Position numbers and translations under genes: made by a program
Part shown: one piece after another, positions 22,793 to 25,412 of the stretch
Layout: each line of letters opens with the position of its first letter
Position numbering within the stretch: the stretch's first letter is position 1
The notes under the pieces: model-generated
Told to the model about the DNA's origin: nothing
Seen by the model: the letters and a program-made list of their open reading frames with translations, nothing else
Databases searched by the model: none
IMG/VR virus record: IMGVR_UViG_3300005764_000078
Location: 1-25,412 of that record
Direction: 5' to 3' (one strand)
DNA length: 25,412 nucleotides
From: a virus
Taxonomy: Duplodnaviria > Caudoviricetes

Positions 22793-23512
22793 CTAGATGG
22801 GCAACTGAAGCCATGTAAGCGTAAGATAAATGGGATAACCAGCAGAAGACCATGCTTCGACGCGCATGTAGTCGCCGTTATTCAAGTTCAGGATGATTGA
22901 ACCGCTGCCGTGACCGCCAGCCTGCGTATCGGTATCTGCCGTGGCTGCTGTATGTGCTCCTGCTAGGATATAACGAGTAACGCCATTTAAGACTAGCCGA
23001 CCACCAGCATAATTTCCCGCTACGGCACCGTGATTATTGATAGCGCCTACTGTCATCAGATAGGTACCAGTCTGTCGGCAATACATGATCCCATCAGCGC
23101 CAACCTGTGCGCTGCCAGTCAACGCTACTCCGTTGTCGTAATACGAGCTAGCGGCATAGGAGAAGTAGCGGTTAGAATAGTCGGCCGGAGGAGACGCGTA
23201 GTACCACCATCCACAAGCGGCGAGCAGCCGCATATGCAAAGCTCGCAATGTCCCGGTAGCAATCTTAGCTCCGGTGATTCCACCAACAGCACTGATGTCG
23301 GCGTCCACGATCGTACCGTCAGCGATCTTCGCGCTCGTGATAGCGTTGTTAGCGACGACCGGTGCTGCTGCCGTCCCGGACAAGTCGCCCGCGAGCTGTA
23401 CGATACCTTTGCTTGCTGTGGTCGCATCCGGAATACCGCTGGAGGGCAAACCGGAGCTAACCAAAATAGCGCCACGAGCATCACGTCGCGTCCAGCCACC
23501 GAGGTTACTCAT
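22793..23512 (-). CDS. Tail fibre-like protein with fibre repeat and C1q/TNF-like C-terminal head
   Basis: DATTASKGIVQLAGDL fibre repeat; AITSAKIADGTI repeats; QTGTYLMT...ILNLNNGDYMRVEAW. Confidence 0.75.
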   Translation of the reverse strand: MSNLGGWTRRDARGAILVSSGLPSSGIPDATTASKGIVQLAGDLSGTAAAPVVANNAITSAKIADGTIVDADISAVGGITGAKIATGTLRALHMRLLAACGWWYYASPPADYSNRYFSYAASSYYDNGVALTGSAQVGADGIMYCRQTGTYLMTVGAINNHGAVAGNYAGGRLVLNGVTRYILAGAHTAATADTDTQAGGHGSGSIILNLNNGDYMRVEAWSSAGYPIYLTLTWLQLPI

Positions 23513-24465
23513 GCCAGCACCGGCCCGACGCGCACGGCCTCAAAGCTGGGCGCCCAATCGGCCTCAAAGTAGATCTGCGCGGTGGTGGCGTTGCCGGGCC
23601 AGACCATCGCCTGCACATAGTCATTGACAGCTAGATCGAGGGTCTGAGCGATGTCCATTTCTGGCGTGTTGGTGAGCGAGGGCATCTCGTAGCGGACGCG
23701 GCGCAGAAAGGTCGCGCCGTTCTTGCGGAAGGCAAGATGACGGTTATTGACTTGGTCACCCGGCGTGATGGCGACACCGCAGGTGAGCACATACTTTCCG
23801 GCTGTTTTGACGGTCATGCGGTCGGGCGTGCCCGCCGCCCACATGCCGTCGGTGTCGGCTTGGGCCACCTGCCAAGCCACCGCGTTCCAGGCATTCGTCG
23901 TCAGGTTGGCACTGTTAGCCGTGCGCACAAGCCGCATGTAAACGTCCCTCGCCTGCGGCACCGCGATCTTGGGCGTGGCGCGGCGCACGGACAGCTGCAT
24001 GGGCGTATTGCCCGAACCGGGGCCGCCCGAGCCACCATAGATGCCGACCGAGCTGCCAGCCGTCCACCCGCGCGCCGAGAAGACATGGGTTCCAGCGACC
24101 GGGGTGTAGCGGATGCGGTAACTGCCACCTTGCTGGAACTGATTCGTGCTCAAGTTCGCGTAGAGCCATCGGCCAGAGTCGACTGCCGCCGCTCCGTTGA
24201 TCGAATCCCAGAGATTGACCCCTTGCGAGGTGAGAGCACCACTGGCCATGATCCACGTCTCGAAGCTGAATTCGGCGATGACCTCGGTCGCCCCGTCGAA
24301 CGTAATCTGCGGCAGGGTGATGAGCGTCGTCGGCGCCGCCTCGGTGCCCGAAATGGTCGCTGGCGCCCCCGTGTTGTAACCGACTGCGAACTCCTGCTGT
24401 TGCAAGTCGGGGTTAAGGCCGAGTGCGTGGCTGCCGTCGGCGTTGGCGCGCCGCCAACCACTCAT
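23509..24465 (-). CDS. Virion adhesin-like protein, two beta-sandwich domains (C-terminal C1q-like)
   Basis: DTDGMW...RMTVKTAGKYVL...LDLAVNDYVQAMVW; N-domain PVAGTHVFSARGW; ATGA overlaps on both sides. Confidence 0.7.
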   Translation of the reverse strand: MSGWRRANADGSHALGLNPDLQQQEFAVGYNTGAPATISGTEAAPTTLITLPQITFDGATEVIAEFSFETWIMASGALTSQGVNLWDSINGAAAVDSGRWLYANLSTNQFQQGGSYRIRYTPVAGTHVFSARGWTAGSSVGIYGGSGGPGSGNTPMQLSVRRATPKIAVPQARDVYMRLVRTANSANLTTNAWNAVAWQVAQADTDGMWAAGTPDRMTVKTAGKYVLTCGVAITPGDQVNNRHLAFRKNGATFLRRVRYEMPSLTNTPEMDIAQTLDLAVNDYVQAMVWPGNATTAQIYFEADWAPSFEAVRVGPVLA

Positions 24466-24776
24466 GTTGTCGCTCCTGTCACCAAATAATTGATCACACT
24501 CGCAGCACCAGCGATAGCTTGGATTGTGTCGCCTGAACCGAGAGCTAGCGCACCGTTGAACTCGATTGATTCTCCAGGCGCGAGCGTGACCTGTGGATGC
24601 CAGATATTCGCATCGGCGTTACCATTCAGCCACACCTTAATCGAGTAGTTATTCGTAGCATGCACATTGATGAGTTTAATGTGACGGACGATCGCCATTG
24701 CCGCCGGAGCGGTATAAAGCGTGCTTGCAGTAGCACCGACCTGTCCCTGAGCGAGTATGTCGTAAGCAGTCGCCAT
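24462..24776 (-). CDS. Small beta-rich virion structural protein (104 aa)
   Basis: MATAYDILAQG...TLYTAP...IVRHIKLIN...TLAPGES...LGSGDTIQA pattern often seen after fibre genes. Confidence 0.7.
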   Translation of the reverse strand: MATAYDILAQGQVGATASTLYTAPAAMAIVRHIKLINVHATNNYSIKVWLNGNADANIWHPQVTLAPGESIEFNGALALGSGDTIQAIAGAASVINYLVTGATT

Positions 24777-25412
24777 CTAACCACCCATGAAGAATGCCCA
24801 ATCAGCAGTAATACCGCCACCAACGGCAGCAGTCGTCTGAACAGTGTTATCACTGAACGTGATCCCTGCTGCTGATGCTTTGAATGTATCTCCTGCTGCC
24901 ATTTCTAGTACATCGGCGGCAGTACGTCCCATACCCACATCGGTACCAAACTGCAATCCACCTGCACCAGCCGCGCCGACATATTGACCAGTCGGTACCG
25001 TGATGCCTTTCGAGAACGCCACGCCGGCACCGGCGCCAGACACGACGATCGTAACAACAGCGGTCGAATCGTTGAGCGCGATCGAGCCGGTCGTGAAGCG
25101 CCAAGCAGCATTCGTGTAAATGTTAGCCGCCGCCTGCCGCCACACGCTCGCGTCGGTCGCCGTCGCGCCGCCGCCGCCGAGACGCAACCCTGGCTTGCCC
25201 GCTCCGCCAGCTGCCTTATCGAGCGCAATCGCTGGGTTCGCATCGCCGCCCGCATTGTACTGGTTGAAGTTGTCGTCCGAGGCGAGCGTGTCGGCGGCCT
25301 TGCGGTACAGGTTCGTGTCCGGCGTAGCAGTACCGTCGCCCCACTCTACTGTCCCATCGGCCTTGAGCCGCAAGCGATCCGCCGTGTCGGCAGTCACCTG
25401 AATCGACAATCC
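24777..25412 (-). CDS. Tail fibre/spike-like protein, C-terminal part (5' truncated by window)
   Basis: Open to window edge; G/A/T-rich; repeated DTNLYRKAADTL / DASVWRQAAANI / DVGMGRTAADVL units; GITFSDNTVQTTA; ends WAFFMGG. Confidence 0.75.
   Translation of the reverse strand, partial: GLSIQVTADTADRLRLKADGTVEWGDGTATPDTNLYRKAADTLASDDNFNQYNAGGDANPAIALDKAAGGAGKPGLRLGGGGATATDASVWRQAAANIYTNAAWRFTTGSIALNDSTAVVTIVVSGAGAGVAFSKGITVPTGQYVGAAGAGGLQFGTDVGMGRTAADVLEMAAGDTFKASAAGITFSDNTVQTTAAVGGGITADWAFFMGG

Larger units (their letters stand above)
1..25412. mobile_element. Bacteriophage genome segment (Caudoviricetes, probably contractile-tailed); replication arm on + strand, tail/baseplate arm on - strand
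   Basis: Dense, overlapping co-oriented ORFs; phage-type replication genes; baseplate W/J/I, tail-collar, collagen and LamG genes; no host housekeeping operons. No integrase or att site is visible, so free phage versus prophage cannot be decided. Confidence 0.95.

Noticed and set aside
23030-24489. Long + strand ORFs (180 aa, 250 aa) antisense to the tail genes
   Set aside because: Shadow ORFs expected in GC-rich coding DNA; the minus-strand frames carry the recognisable motifs.

Overview
This 25.4 kb window is a segment of a tailed dsDNA bacteriophage genome with two convergent arms. The + strand arm (1-17638) is a self-sufficient replication, recombination and nucleotide-metabolism region: SNF2-like helicase C-terminus, KTSC protein, Cas4/RecB-like nuclease, AAA_24/Sak4-like ATPase, SSB-like protein, a zinc finger-TOPRIM-MCM-like primase/helicase, a flavin-binding oxidoreductase, an Nmad1/MazG-like protein, DnaE, a secreted Rpf-like lytic transglycosylase, an HU-like protein, a ThyX-like protein, an HTH protein and a TAGT/GREB1-like glycosyltransferase. 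The - strand arm (17635-25412) holds baseplate W/J/I genes, implying a contractile tail, flanked by two clusters of fibre/adhesin genes. The Rpf-like gene and overall gene set suggest an actinobacterial host (inference). The leading candidate for an undescribed system is a DNA base-hypermodification pathway made of a ThyX variant, a Glf-like flavoenzyme, Nmad1, a DNA-type glycosyltransferase and a divergent HU. Other notable points are a riboswitch-like structured leader before the rpf-like gene, a second Y-shaped RNA element, an origin-like repeat region, paired palindromic operators, a primase lacking the first TOPRIM Glu, and two short, highly charged ORFs missing from the ORF track. All family calls come from motif recognition by eye; no database search or folding program was run.
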